A stretch of 63,538 bases of DNA, filler included, from Octopus bimaculoides (lineage: Eukaryota): assembly GCF_001194135.2 (NCBI RefSeq). It is 6 parts of 6 records of this genome, joined end to end, with 100 filler letters (N's around TTAATTAATTAA, not from the genome) between each part and the next. Parts side by side here need not be neighbours in the genome. Positions count along the whole stretch, not along the records: positions 30,862 to 40,985 come from NC_068981.1; positions 41,086 to 58,183 come from NC_068983.1; 4 more parts are not named here. The stretch is one strand, 5' to 3'. Below the pieces are notes generated by a model, which saw nothing but the letters and a program-made list of their open reading frames with translations, searched no databases and had not been told where the DNA came from. Every line of letters begins with the position of its first letter. Positions within the stretch are counted from its first letter, which is position 1. A program made the position numbers and the translations under genes. This document shows, piece after piece, positions 36,493-50,293 of the stretch.

Positions 36493-38102
36493 ACGTGCAA
36501 TACACACACCAGCAGAAAACCTCCCGGAGGGCTGTTTTTCTGCTAGTACTAATAAAACTCTCTGATTGCTTGCTTGCCTGTCTGTCATTTAATACAGTGA
36601 AACTGGCGCATAATTGGAAAATACTATGAATTAAGGAACCCTTGAAGTGTGAATACAAACGGAATAAAACAAGTTTTGCGTAAATCGGACCAGGGATTCC
36701 TGAGATAAGGCGGGGTTTTGGGGGTATCCATAAATTCCCAAAACGGTGCATAATGGGAAAATACCCTGAAAATAACATAACCCCGAAAGGGAAGAAACTT
36801 TTTGATTAGAGACATAATCAGTATCTCCTGTATTTTGAAGACAAATTTCCAACGAAAAATACGAGTTGTTTTTACAGTAAATGTTTCTATTTTGGCTTTT
36901 GTTAAACACAATATTTTAATCATTCAGAAATACTTATAAGTGAATGTGATTTCAAAAATACAAGTTGTTTGTACAGTAAGTGTTTATATTTTAGCTTTCT
37001 TTAAACAGACAATATTTTGATTTTAAATATTTCGTAAAGGATCCATTAGTACCTCGGTGTGAAATAATTTTTTTCCACAGGATTTTTTCGAGTGCATTCA
37101 AGCTATCTCACCTCCAAACCTGCTGCAAACTACCTTTTCTCCGGAAAAGAAAGGGGTGGAGGGATGGTGGGGACCTCGGCGTTTTGTTTTGCGTTTTTTC
37201 TCCAGGCTATTTCGCATGCTTTCAACGAAAGTGACATCGAAATCACGCGTAAACTTTTCTTTAGAAAATCTTACCTTTCTTCAGAAAAGGTAAGATTTGG
37301 TTACTATTTCTAGCACGCCCTACTACCACNNNNNNNNNNNNNNNNNNNNNNNNNNNNNNNNNNNNNNNNNNNNNNNNNNNNNNNNNNNNNNNNNNNNNNN
37401 NNNNNNNNNNNNNNNNNNNNNNNNNNNNNNNNNNNNNNNNNNNNNNNNNNNNNNNNNNNNNNNNNNNNNNNNNNNNNNNNNNNNNNNNNNNNNNNNNNNN
37501 NNNNNNNNNNNNNNNNNNNNNNNNNNNNNNNNNNNNNNNNNNNNNNNNNNNNNNNNNNNNNNNNNNNNNNNNNNNNNNNNNNNNNNNNNNNNNNNNNNNN
37601 NNNNNNNNNNNNNNNNNNNNNNNNNNNNNNNNNNNNNNNNNNNNNNNNNNNNNNNNNNNNNNNNNNNNNNNNNNNNNNNNNNNNNNNNNNNNNNNNNNNN
37701 NNNNNNNNNNNNNNNNNNNNNNNNNNNNNNNNNNNNNNNNNNNNNNNNNNNNNNNNNNNNNNNNNNNNNNNNNNNNNNNNNNNNNNNNNNNNNNNNNNNN
37801 NNNNNNNNNNNNNNNNNNNNNNNNNNNNNNNNNNNNNNNNNNNNNNNNNNNNNNNNNNNNNNNNNNNNNNNNNNNNNNNNNNNNNNNNNNNNNNNNNNNN
37901 NNNNNNNNNNNNNNNNNNNNNNNNNNNNNNNNNNNNNNNNNNNNNNNNNNNNNNNNNNNNNNNNNNNNNNNNNNNNNNNNNNNNNNNNNNNNNNNNNNNN
38001 NNNNNNNNNNNNNNNNNNNNNNNNNNNNNNNNNNNNNNNNNNGAATCGTATACTCATGTGGATACAAACGGAATTAAGTAAGTTTCGCGTAAATCGGACC
38101 AC
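36493..38102. mobile_element. Unclassified non-autonomous DNA element(s), possibly Helitron/Helentron-like; interrupted by a gap
   Basis: Hairpin CAGCAGAAAA..CTCCCGGAG..TTTTTCTGCT, short (TTGC/CTGT)n run, GCGTAAATCGGACCA motif at ~36680 and again at ~38087, and a ~65-bp direct repeat at 36855/36955. Confidence 0.4.
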
Positions 38103-38415
38103 GGTTTCAGTACCTCTTTTAATCATTCCTAGATCACTGGTACGGTAGTCACCCTGAGATGCCACATTCTTTCAATTTCTATTAGCAAGTCTTTATATTT
38201 CCTGATCTTGTGAAATTCTTTCGCCGCTATATTGTGATCGCAAGGAATACTCATGTCAATTAATAAACACACCTTTTTTGTCTGATCTTTTATAATAATA
38301 ATATCCGGTTTAGTAGCTTTTATAGTTTTGTCGGTATGTACGGGGAAATCCCAGAGAATCCACACACTTTCTCCCTCAGTTACAGCTACAGGATGGTGTT
38401 TATAACATTTGTCAG
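38103..38415 (-). mobile_element. R4/Dong-type RLE domain fragment
   Basis: ILWDFPVHTDKTIKATKPDIIIIKDQTKKVCLLIDMSIPCDHNIAAKEFHKIRKYKDLLIEIERMW (PD..D/E..K nuclease motif); same family as 16064-16540. Confidence 0.9.
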
Positions 38416-39041
38416 ACATTTGGGACATCTCGCTCTTTAGTGCTAGTGGGCGACTGGAACACCATCTTCGATGTACACCTGGATAGAATGGGGCTAGCCG
38501 ATGGGAGATAGGTGTGTAAAAAGACCTGTTCAGCTGCTTCCTACAGGAAGACAAAATAATTTGTAGGCCTAGAGATAGAAGTAGCATAAGTCATCCATAG
38601 TTCAAAGTCATCAAACGTGTGTTCTATATGGCCGACCTAGATAGGACACTAGGCTATGCCCCAGATACTAGAAGGTGAAGGCATCTTTCCCGGCGCACCA
38701 AACTTTCAGAAACCGGATTAGCAGGTTATTCAACCGGAAGTTTACAGGTGCAATCGTCGACAACCGATTGTGGACAGCCCTGAAAAGGGGCTATTAAAGT
38801 AGAGGCGGTAGGGTTTAGTATACCAAATTTCCTCAGACATTTGGAGGTTTTTGTTGGGACATCTCGTTCTTCAGTGCTAGTGGGCGATTTGAACGCCATC
38901 TTTGATGCACGCCTGGATAGAATGAGGCTCACCGATGGGAGATGGGTGTGTAAAAACCTCAAAAATCTGTTCAGCTGCTTCCGAAAGGCTGACAAGTACT
39001 GACAAGACATCCCGAATGCACCAATGTGGACATGCACAAAC
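38416..39041 (+). mobile_element. L1/Tx1-clade apurinic endonuclease fragments, rearranged and duplicated
   Basis: Two copies of the APE motif: SLVLVGDWNTIFDVHLDR (~38425-38505) and SVLVGDLNAIFDARLDR...KADKY*QDIPNAPMWT (~38865-39035). Confidence 0.75.
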
Positions 39042-39470
39042 NNNNNNNNNNNNNNNNNNNNNNNNNNNNNNNNNNNNNNNNNNNNNNNNNNNNNNNNNNN
39101 NNNNNNNNNNNNNNNNNNNNNNNNNNNNNNNNNNNNNNNNNNNNNNNNNNNNNNNNNNNNNNNNNNNNNNNNNNNNNNNNNNNNNNNNNNNNNNNNNNNN
39201 NNNNNNNNNNNNNNNNNNNNNNNNNNNNNNNNNNNNNNNNNNNNNNNNNNNNNNNNNNNNNNNNNNNNNNNNNNNNNNNNNNNNNNNNNNNNNNNNNNNN
39301 NNNNNNNNNNNNNNNNNNNNNNNNNNNNNNNNNNNNNNNNNNNNNNNNNNNNNNNNNNNNNNNNNNNNNNNNNNNNNNNNNNNNNNNNNNNNNNNNNNNN
39401 NNNNNNNNNNNNNNNNNNNNNNNNNNNNNNNNNNNNNNNNNNNNNNNNNNNNNNNNNNNNNNNNNNNNNN

Positions 39471-39508
<38 letters not shown>

Positions 39509-40559
39509 AATATGTGTGTGTGTGTGTATATTTATATATATGCGTGTGTGTCTGTGTCTCTGCATGTATAAATACTCACTCACGTTTATGCATATATACT
39601 CACGTACAAATACACGTATACACACACATTAGAAACAGGAGATTTTGTGTCCAATACGTTATTGAATAATAAGTTAAGGCATTTAATTGATTTGATCTGT
39701 TTAGCTTCTCAGTGTTTCTGCATCTTAGAACTCCTGTATCAGACAGTTTGTTATAGTGTACGAAAGAAGTACTCCAAGACGCGCGAACCTTCAGTATTAT
39801 TCGATCTATAGGTGTGCTTATAAGGGAGAATTGCTCTTGCTCTCACTTTACACATGTGCTCAAGATTAAATCCTATTTTTCCAGCTGCAAATGTCATCTG
39901 TGTCATTTGCCTCTCCTTTAACTTGGGCGTTCTATTATGGAGCTGTTATGACATTAAACTTTATCCGGTCGTGAGGCCCCAGCTGGAGAGTTCTATTGTT
40001 GTGGGGAGCATGGAATCACTCCTTAATTTCCATTACTCTCAGGTACGTTCTGACTCAGAAAGGTAGTACTTCTCAGGGTCCCATCTATAAGTAAATTAGA
40101 TTTTTGTAGGAGTAGACTGAGCCCCTTACCTGCGGTGAAAGCTATCTCTCTAGGAGAATGAAAACTCAAAAATTAATACCTGTTTTCAGCATGCCCGGGA
40201 CCAGCACGGAGGAAACTAAAATGTAGAATGCCCAATAAAATAGATTCATACAATGGAGGCAACTATCTTATTTCAAAACACATTCTACCGCATGCGGAGA
40301 TTGCGGGTAATAATGATGATGATATGAGGACTATAATGGATTCAAATTACCCAAGTCTCTAAGCAGGCCACATTCACGATAGTATTTTTCTCTAGTTCAC
40401 ACGGCCCACATCTGAGCTGTACAGTCACTCTGTTGACGACTGCATCATCGCCGTCACATTCACCAAACAACAGCACAATAACTTCATCTCTAACACACTA
40501 ATTTCACTTTTCCCATTAGTAATTTACTTCTACTGTATCTGACATCGTCAATTTCCTAG

Positions 40560-40970
40560 ATATGGGTGCACACGTGACTGTGTGGTAAAAAAATTTGTAT
40601 CCCAACCACATGGCTCCGGATTCAGTCCAACAACATCTCACCTTAGGCAAGTGTGGTTTATTGTAGCCCCAGGTCGACTAAAGACTTGTGAGTGAATTTG
40701 GTTGACAGCAAAGGAAAGAAGTCCGTCGTATATATATTATACGTATACACACATACACATACACACATGCACACACGTACATACATAAATACATACACAC
40801 ACATATATAAATATACGATGGGATTCTTTCAGTTTCCATCTACCAAATCCACTCCCAAGACTTTGGTCGGTTCGAGGCTATAACAAAAAATATTTGCTCA
40901 AGGTGCCACGCAATGGAACTGAACCCATTATCATGTGGTTGGTAAGCAAGCTACTTACTACATAGCCAAT
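40560..40970. mobile_element. Two family B SINEs in tail-to-tail inverted orientation
   Basis: Plus copy ~40560-40730 and minus copy ~40815-40970, separated by a (TA/CA)n tract. Confidence 0.8.
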
Positions 40971-41307
40971 ATATATATATATATANNNNNNNNNNNNNNN
41001 NNNNNNNNNNNNNNNNNNNNNNNNNNNNNTTAATTAATTAANNNNNNNNNNNNNNNNNNNNNNNNNNNNNNNNNNNNNNNNNNNNAATACATATCATAAA
41101 ATATTATAAAATATTATAAAACATAGGATACTCCATCTCCTCAGGGTCCCATTATTATTGCTATCATCACCATCATTATTATTAGCAATACACATCCCCC
41201 CAAAAAACAGAAACCATTCAAATCTAATTTTCATAGTTGACCCATGAAAATATACAAAACAGGATGAAAAAGTAATAGATGGTACACAACTTTCCATCCC
41301 AAATGTG

Positions 41308-41351
<44 letters not shown>

Positions 41352-41581
41352 GTATATCTATGTGTGTGTATGTGTTTTTGTGTCTCTGTCCCTCACCACC
41401 GGTTGACAACCTGTATTAGTGTGTTTACGTCCCCGTAAATTAGCGGTTCGGCAAAAATGACCGATTGAATAAGTACCAGGCTTGAAAATTAAACAAGTAT
41501 TGGGGTCGATTCATTCGACTAAAAAAAAATTCAAGATGGTGCCCCAGGTTGGCCGCCGTCTAATGACTGAAACAAATAAAA

Positions 41582-41613
<32 letters not shown>

Positions 41614-42424
41614 CTCATAAACGCACACACAAACATACTACATATCTATATTATGTAATTTTGCATATATATATATATATAGATATATATTATACATATA
41701 TATATACTCACACATATGTATACGTAAGCGTAAGTGTGTATATACATATATACATACACACATACATATATGGAGGGATACATACATACATATATGTACA
41801 CACACATACATATATANNNNNNNNNNNNNNNNNNNNNNNNNNNNNNNNNNNNNNNNNNNNNNNNNNNNNNNNNNNNNNNNNNNNNNNNNNNNNNNNNNNN
41901 NNNNNNNNNNNNNNNNNNNNNNNNNNNNNNNNNNNNNNNNNNNNNNNNNNNNNNNNNNNNNNNNNNNNNNNNNNNNNNNNNNNNNNAGAGAGAGAGAGAG
42001 ATTTGTAGCTGGACGTATTTGGAATATATCTCATTAAATCACCCTTTTTGTTAACGTCAAGCAACCACTCAATATCTTATTGTCGTATTTTCTGTAGTCA
42101 AAGTCGCCATATTTCTACCTCATTTCACTTTGATATGCTTCAGATACACGCATGATCGCAATGATTTTTCTCTAAAAAAAAATTCAAATTGAACATTAAC
42201 CATACAAATCTGACTTAATTACCATTATATAGCCATATCATATATGCCGTTATATATGTCGAGGAAGATTAGTAAAATAAATGTTTAAATTCACTTGCTC
42301 CTTTTATTTTTCTTTCTATTTTTTCTCATTTACAGCATATTATTATTAAGCGATAGGAACCAGTGCAATGGCACTAGTTCTTTCTATCTTCCTCTTTTTT
42401 ATTGTGATTATCTGCACCAAGCAG

Positions 42425-42620
42425 ACGGCGAGCTGGCAGAATCGTCAGCACAGCAGACAAAATGCTTAGCGGCATTTCTTCCGGCTCTTTACATTCTGAG
42501 TTCAAATTTTATCCGGTCAGCTTTGCCTTTCGGCCTTTCTGGCTCAAGTACGGGAATCGATGTAATCGACTTGACCTTCTCCTCAACATTGCTGGCCTAG
42601 TGCCAAAATTAAAATTATTT
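42425..42620 (+). mobile_element. SINE family D, followed by (TTC)n at 42639-42715
   Basis: GGCGAGCTGGCAGAATCGT head and CTTTGCCTTT core; the trinucleotide array explains the poly-E/S/F ORFs. Confidence 0.75.
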
Positions 42621-43255
42621 GCACCTAGTCCTTGCCATTCTTCTTCTTCTTCTTCTTCTTCTTCTTCTTCTTCTTCTTCTTCTTCTTCTTCTTCTTCTTC
42701 TTCTTCTTCTTCTTCCTTCTCCTCGTCCCCCACCAGCTGCGCCTCAGTCTACTCCCATACGTTTCACATACGCCCACACGTAATGTACATCATACGATTT
42801 CATCAATAAATAAATGCAAGAATAAAAACATACTACACATGCCAGTTGGGAAATCGACATTAAATTCCATGGTTATTGGCAAACTAAATTATCCATACCT
42901 CCTTTAATGGTCGTTATTTTCCGGTCTTGATTTTCTTGGTTGGTCGCTAACATACGCATGTAGTTTCTGAATGACTGTCATGGCGTAGTCTTTGTTTTCT
43001 TTACTATGGAACGTTCAGAAAAGAGAATCCTATAACGTAACAGTAATAGAGGGCCTCAATGTATTTACTCTACCAGCTAGAAATAGCAGCCAAATCTCTT
43101 CATCTTTAGAAAGAAGAGGGATACACTCTAGAATGTAGTCCTTGAGCAGGGGTTCTCAATTGTGGATCACTTTGGTTTATTTATATTTCTATGGACTAAA
43201 ATTAATGCAACTAAGTTTTAAAAATCAAACTGAGAAAATATAATTTTTTCTATTA

Positions 43256-44451
43256 CACTGAACAACAAAAAAACCTTTTTTCTGGTACCTGGAATATTTC
43301 AACGAATTCTTAAGGGATTTTGCCGGCTAAATTCAAAACTAACTTCAGTTTTTCTCTACCAGGTCTAGTTTTTTGATTAGACCTGACAGAGTAAGTATTT
43401 TATTTATGCAAGAGGCATATAATTTGAATCAATAAAAAGAGCGTAACACAAAACAAAACAAAGTACAAATAAAAATTCAAATTTGAAAACGCACATTGGC
43501 AAAGCTTTTTGGCAGAAAATTCAAGGAATAAATGTACGCTTCTTTGTGCACCGGCCATGGTGAGCAACAGGAGTATCTCATTTTAAACACCAGCAATAGT
43601 TTGCCATCGCCACAGTGTCTTAACGTCCTTGGTACCGAGTTTCAATCTCTTTGATATCCTGATGAAATCGTTCGTCTTGTTCATAGCTAACATCGAAATT
43701 TTCAGGAAAACGATCAAGATGACTAAAAAGATATCACGAAAAGTTGATATCAAGTGGGTAACAAGGTCTTTATAGTTTTCACTTTTGTGTTTCCCAAGGA
43801 AATTTTGAACTACTTCTGCAAAGGCTAACCAAGCTGATGCTTCATTTTCGCTTCTCTTTTTCACGAAATATGTGTCCTTCAAGAGCTTACTGTTCCATCA
43901 AAAATCTCTGCTTTAAGTTTTTCAATCGCCATGTCTGGAAATACACTGCGGATATACTTGAAGCATTCCATAATTTTATCAAGAGCTTTGATGAATTGCT
44001 TGCAGACACTATGCGGTGCCCAATATTTATCTTGGTCACCCAGCTTGACCTCAAAATATGCCATAAACCCTCTTTCAACAAAATCAGTGATGTTTTTTGG
44101 ATTTTTAGGTAATGTGTATTCTCCACAAACATAACAAAACACATTTGGAGAATTAACGCAACACTTTGAAGAGGACATCTTGCTCATTTTCTGTTGCTTA
44201 GTTCACCACCACACCTAAAAAGTATGGAAACCCCCCCCCAAAAAACAACAACTTAGAATTAGAATAAGGTAACGAACACTGCGTACAGGACGTACACACA
44301 CATATATATATATATATAGTTACTATAGGAATGTTCAATAACTTAAAAACTAGATCTGACAGATCGAAAAGGTTATATTTGGATTCTGGAGACCGATTTT
44401 GTATAGGAATGATGTTTATTTCCTAAACACTAAGAACCTTGTAGACTAGTG
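43256..44451 (-). mobile_element. Internally deleted Chapaev3-type (CMC) DNA transposon with both termini and TTA TSD
   Basis: Termini CACT.../...AGTG flanked by TTA (43253-43255, 44452-44454). N-terminal CVNSPNVFCYVCGEYT...KLGDQDKYWAPHSVC is joined to C-terminal AWLAFAEVVQNFLGKHK...SHLDRFPENF...EQDERFHQDIKEIETRYQGR...YCW. Family assignment is from recalled motifs. Confidence 0.75.
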
Positions 44452-45474
44452 TTATAGGCACAAAGCCTGAAATTTTGTGGGATGGAGGTAGTCAATTACA
44501 TCGGCCCCAGTGCTCAAATGGTACTTATATCATCGATCCCGAAAGGATGAAAGGCAAAGCCAGTCTCGGCGGAATTTGAAATCAGATTGTAAAGGTGGGC
44601 GAAATACGGGTGTGATTCTTCCAACTCGCCGCCTTAAACAAAACAAATATAATCAGAAAGAGACTTCCGTTGGTCATGGTTGACTGTGTCTCTTCACATG
44701 TATCTGCAGGCCTGGGCAAGATTTTTTGTGTGTGTTTGTGTAAGACTGGTATTTGACCATGTATGTAAGCTTCCCTTTTCCGAGCTACTAATATTGATCG
44801 AAGAAAACACCGCCACCTTATGGCAGCTACTGCTAGGCACCCATATCGTCAGAGGAATTGCAATCAGAATATAAAGAATACCTTGTCGGACACTCTAAAA
44901 GCTCTGCAAACCTGCTAACCGGATTGGTATTATTTAATCGACCCCTGGTCAGATGAAAAGCAAAATTGACCTCGGTAGCATTTGAACAAGGAGTGCAGAA
45001 AGCTGGACCAAATAGCGTGATGTATTTGTTCCAACGCACAACGAATCTGCCAACCCTCGCCTGATTTAATTAATTATCAAATACTTGTTACTCATTTAGG
45101 CTCAGGACCAGCAGTCCTAGTAAGTGACTGTTAGTTTATATCATCGGCCCAGAGAAAATGAAGGACAAAGTCGAACTTGTGAGATTTGAGCCCAGGACGT
45201 TTGTAGCCTAATAGAAAACAATTAAAGTAGGCAAATAACGGAACACATAGAGACAAACTTTTATCTTTAATACTACTGTACATTACGATGAACAAGTATA
45301 TAAGTAGATACCAAGATTTTAGCTCAAGATTCTGGGTTAGGTCTATATTTTCCACATAGGCCGACTCTCAAACATATAGTATACCGCTGGTAGGTCAAAA
45401 CTTAATTCTAAACGAGGATAGATCATAGCAAACTGTGGAAAAACATTTAGTATGGCCATAACCTTATATCTCTA

Positions 45475-45885
45475 TTTACTCTCTTTTTCTCGTTTCAGTC
45501 AGTTGACTGCGGCCATGCTGGAGCACCGCCTTTTAGTCGAGTAAATCGACCCCAGGACTTATTCTTTGTAAGCCGAGTACTTATTCTATCGGTCTCTTTT
45601 TGCCGAACCGCTAAGTTACGGGGACGTAAACACACCAGCATCGGTTGTCAAGCGATGTTGGGGGGACAAACAGACACACAAACGTATACACACACATACA
45701 CATATATATATATACATATATACGACGGGCTTCTTTCAGTTTCCGTCTACCAAATCCGCTCACAAGGCTTTGGTTGGCCCGAGGCTATAGTAGAAGACAC
45801 TTGCCCAAGGTGCCAAGCAGTAGGACTGAACCCAGAACCATGTGGTTGGTAAGCAAGCTACTTACCACACAGCCACTCCTGCACC
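45475..45885 (-). mobile_element. Composite SINE (B + C)
   Basis: Reverse complement of the 36100-36492 architecture. Confidence 0.85.
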
Positions 45886-45888
45886 TAT

Positions 45889-45953
45889 GATATTTAAAAT
45901 GAAATATCGATGATATTTAAATGAAATATCGATGATATTTAAATGAAATATCT
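45889..45953. repeat. ~22-bp tandem repeat x3 (GATATTTAAATGAAATATCGAT)
   Basis: Directly visible; each unit is partly self-complementary. Confidence 0.8.
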
Positions 45954-45961
45954 TTCTCTAT

Positions 45962-46197
45962 AAGGCGGCGAGCTGGCAGAAACGTTAGCACGCCGGGCGA
46001 AATGCTTAGCTGTATTTCACCTGCTGCTACGTTCTGAGTTCAAATTCCGCCGAGGTCGACTTTGCCTTTCATCCTTTCGGGGTCGATTAAATAAGTACCA
46101 GTTACGCACTGGGTCGATATAATCGACATAATCCCTTTGTCTGTTCTTGTTTGTCCCCTCTATGTTTAGCCCCTTGTGGGCAATAAAGAAATAAGAA
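45962..46197 (+). mobile_element. Full-length SINE family D
   Basis: Complete head, core and GCAATAAAGAAATAAGAA tail. Confidence 0.88.
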
Positions 46198-47489
46198 ATA
46201 CTTATTGGTATTTCGTCCGTCCTTACGTTCTGAGTTCAAATTCCACTGAGGCCGACTTTACCTGTCATCATTTAGGAGTCGATGAAATAAGTACCAGTTG
46301 AATAGTGGCGGGGGAGGCAATGTAATCGACTTAACTGCTGCTGAATATAAAACCCTCATCCCGCTGCAAAGTAATGTCGAGCCAATGTGACAGAGTAGGC
46401 TCATTAAACTAGTATGAACTAAAGCTCAAATTCACAGTCTACACACCAAACCGTGGGTTGCGTAGAGGGATCATACTGAGGCCTTTGGCCAGCAGTGGAC
46501 TGGACATGGACAAACCAATTCAATCCAATCTTTCTCAGTATGGGTTATAATAACGCATAGCAAATACCTATAACATAAACCTAATCCTATAACATATACC
46601 GATAGATATATTGTTACTCTAGGCTAGTGTTGGCAATCTTTCTGAGAGCCTGTGCCCAAATTACCAATAATATTCTGAAAAATTATTTCACGTGCCCGTG
46701 GAAATTTTACAGCATATTATCAAGATTATTGTTAGTAGTTGTATTTTACGAAAAACTTCCCCCACCCTACAAAAATTTCAGTTGCAGCAATATGAGGGAA
46801 AAATGAAAACTAATGTAAGAATACATACATACATACATACATACATACACACACACAATAGGGTGAAAATAATACAAAAAGACCGGCTGTCTTTACTTGC
46901 ACCAGCAATATCTCTTTGCATGTCAGTTTCACAACCAATAACTTCAATGAAATATTGATAGATTAATGCTATAGTACTATTACGTAATGTAAGAGTTACT
47001 ACATTATTTCTCTCTCTCAAGTACCAGTTGAGTACTGGGGTTGATGTAATCGACTTGCCCCTTCCCTCAAAATTTCAGGCCCTGTGTCTACAGTAGAAAA
47101 ATTATTTCTCTTTCTCTCTCTNNNNNNNNNNNNNNNNNNNNNNNNNNNNNNNNNNNNNNNNNNNNNNNNNNNNNNNNNNNNNNNNNNNNNNNNNNNNNNN
47201 NNNNNNNNNNNNNNNNNNNNNNNNNNNNNNNNNNNNNNNNNNNNNNNNNNNNNNNNNNNNNNNNNNNNNNNNNNNNNNNNNNNNNNNNNNNNNNNNNNNN
47301 NNNNNNNNNNNNNNNNNNNNNNNNNNNNNNNNNNNNNNNNNNNNNNNNNNNNNNNNNNNNNNNNNNNNNNNNNNNNNNNNNNNNNNNNNNNNNNNNNNNN
47401 NNNNNNNNNNNNNNNNNNNNNNNNNNNNNNNNNNNNNNNNNNNNNNNNNNNNNNNNNNNNNNNNNNNNNNNNNNNNNNNNNNNNNNNNN

Positions 47490-47524
<35 letters not shown>

Positions 47525-48728
47525 ATTTGTTTGTTCGCATGTGTGTGTATGTAATGTACGCATTCATATTGATTACTTTTGGTTTTTGCCAACTGAGTAG
47601 GATATACTATGCTGATGGGGTTCCTTAGACTGATACTTTTCCCTAGTTAACTTTGAAGGCCGGATTCATTTTATCTGCATTACCTATACCAGACATGGAA
47701 ACCTTTTCGAGCATTGAGTCACATAATATATGACTCATCATAAGGTGGCTTGCACTAATAAAATAAAATTCAGAGTAATTTTTCGCTTAGGGTACCTCAG
47801 CCAATTTCTCTTCATAAGACCATATGTTTAAGAATCTGTCTTAGACATAATGAAAAAGATTATGTTTTCTTCAGAGGAAAGATCTTTATCTATAATTAAA
47901 GATTTTGACACCTGGGTATAATATTATCACAGTTGACTGTGATTAACACACGTTACTATCGTGATACTTTATAGAATAATTAAATGTAAAAATGAATACT
48001 TGAAAAAAGAAGACCGATTTATTATATAAGAATATCTTTGTGTTCCGTATATGGAAGAAAAAAATTGACTATTACATAATCTGTGTATGAAAAATTTTTT
48101 TAAACTATTGTTTAAATCATGTGCACATTTTTTATAATTTAACCATTGGATAATTTTATTGGTTACTTGTAAACTGAAATTAAATTTAATATCAAAATAA
48201 ACGTAACTAAGATTTGCTGTAAATTTATTCATTTGACTATTCAAGCAAATTTCTTTTTTAAAAAATATTTCTTCTCGAGAGTAAAATATGAACGTTTCCC
48301 TTTTCTGGAGCAAAAAATTGTTCACATGTATGGCCTTCCATAGTGAAAATCGTACATGGTTTAAAATGCCGAAAACGCTATCTACAACGAAGCGTTACAA
48401 AACTCAAGGAACATTGTACTTAATCATTGTTATATAAGTGGTTTAATCGAAGTTTTAAGCTATGGTACTGGAGGTGGGATGTGTTATCCTAATTAAAAGG
48501 AAGTACTCTTAAAAAAAGGGAAATAGGAATACAAATGAACGTGACCTGACAAGTTAGGTGGGATGTAACGTTTGAAATACTGTGAATAAAAAATGAGCTG
48601 CATAGACAAGGAAAATAATGCTACAAAACAGCATACAGTGATTAAAATACTGTCTAATAATATACAGACGAGAAAAATCGTTTTAATATTTGTCATTGAT
48701 GTAAGTAGAAATATTTTCCTCGCAAACT

Positions 48729-49925
48729 TTTAATGAGAAACTTGGCTTCATTGTAATTTATTTTACAACTTAACCAATATCTGCAGATATTTGCAATGTT
48801 GAATATTTCCGTTGTAGATAACAGTTCGCATTTATACGTACTACTAAATATGGTGGCAAATCTTGTAGTGAAGCACACTATTTAGGGGTAGTTTTCTTTA
48901 GGTGGAGTTCCTTAAGACTGTAATAAAATGTTCGTCTTTAATTTTTTGCCGAAGGAATTCATCCCTCTGAAGTTCAAGTATTTCTATTCGCAATGCTTTT
49001 CATGCTATTTTTTCAACAACAGTATTAAAAAGATTTTCGAAAAGGTTAGAATCAGCTTCTCTAGCTTTGAAGTCCTTGAATCTGATATTCAGGTTTTCTT
49101 TCAACTCATTTCATTCCCCAGCAAAATCCTTGTATCCAGCTCCACCGTGATTGATTAGTGTGGGGAAACTGGGGACGTCATCAGTCTTGAGATGATTTTT
49201 TCCAAATTTGAAGATTTGGTTCAAAAGCTTTGGCACAAAAATACATCTCATGAATCAACTGATTTTACTTTTGAAGTTTTAAATTGAGATAAAAAAAAAA
49301 TGCAAGGTCACGATTCCAGTTATCATCTTTCAGCTCGTGAGCAAGTTTAAACTTCATTTCTAAGAAGTCGCATAAGTCTTCTCTGAGTAGCCTTAAGCAA
49401 CTTCCCTAAACTTTGCTAGCTAATTACATTGTAGTAAGCCAGATTGCGATATTCTGATTAAAATTCTTCTAAAAACACCTCTTTAAAATCGTGATGATTA
49501 CGAGCTTGTGATTTTGTCAAATTTATGGTTGAAACAATTATAAATGAATCGTTGCAAAGTTGCTGCTCGTTAAATTCAAAAATGATAATTCGTCTTTTAA
49601 TTCGGATAGAAAGACTATCTTGGACCTAACAATCGCCGGAGTCTCGTCTGTTGCAGAACCTTTCGAGAAGGCGATTCAATTTCGTTGCTGCTTTCGTTGT
49701 AGATAAATTATTCATAAATCTTATATCCTATAACGGTGTCTTTCATTATCTGAACATTAACTAATTATTCGGTGATACCAAATATAAAAACTGCAAGTTG
49801 AGCCGAATCGGATATATCTGTGCTTTCTTCGATAGTGAGTGAAAAAGAACATGCTCCTATCTTTTTAATAGCGCATCCTCAATATGTATTGTAATTTCTT
49901 CAACTTGCCTTGTTGGTGTCTTGCG
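48729..49925 (-). mobile_element. Decayed hAT transposase (Charlie/SPIN/GTF2IRD2-like)
   Basis: Minus-strand remnants: FSLTIEESTDISDSAQLAVFI, ATDETPAIV, KSQARNHHDFKE, DLAFF, FSSTYKCELLS, and terminal SQVSH*; many stops and frameshifts. Confidence 0.8.
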
Positions 49926-50293
49926 ATATACACTAATTGTGTAAAACATGTTTAACTTTTCTGGGAATGGAAACAGACCAACAGAATAAGTACCAGACTT
50001 TAAAAATGCTAGGATCGATTTGTTCGATCAAACCCTTCGAGGTGGTGCCCCAGTATGGTCGCAATCTAATGACAAAAACAAATAAAAGTAAAAAGAATGA
50101 AAGGTCAGCTAATGCTAGCAGATATTCTTTCATAGGCGATTCATTGTTTTGCTATCTAATATTTCCTTTAAATTTGTTGTACTCCTAATCTTTTGAAGTT
50201 AATGCCGTTTAACCCCAAGTTTTTAAAAGCAAAGATGTATATATAAAATACTAAACATTCTGGTCTGTTTTTTTTTATTATTACTTCAACAAA

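Noticed and set aside
39885-40042. Plus-strand segment with AG/GT boundaries and an open frame (AANVICVICLSFNLG...)
   Set aside because: The donor region (CCATTACTCTCAGGT...CTGACTCAGAA.GGTAGTAC...AGGGTCCCATCTAT) resembles an interspersed repeat as I recall it, and the peptide is unrecognisable.
46625-46720. hAT-like terminal sequence that could be the 3' end of the hAT relic at 48729-49925
   Set aside because: No matching opposite TIR or TSD was found and 2 kb of unrelated sequence intervenes. Similar orphan hAT ends occur at ~23745 and ~43147.
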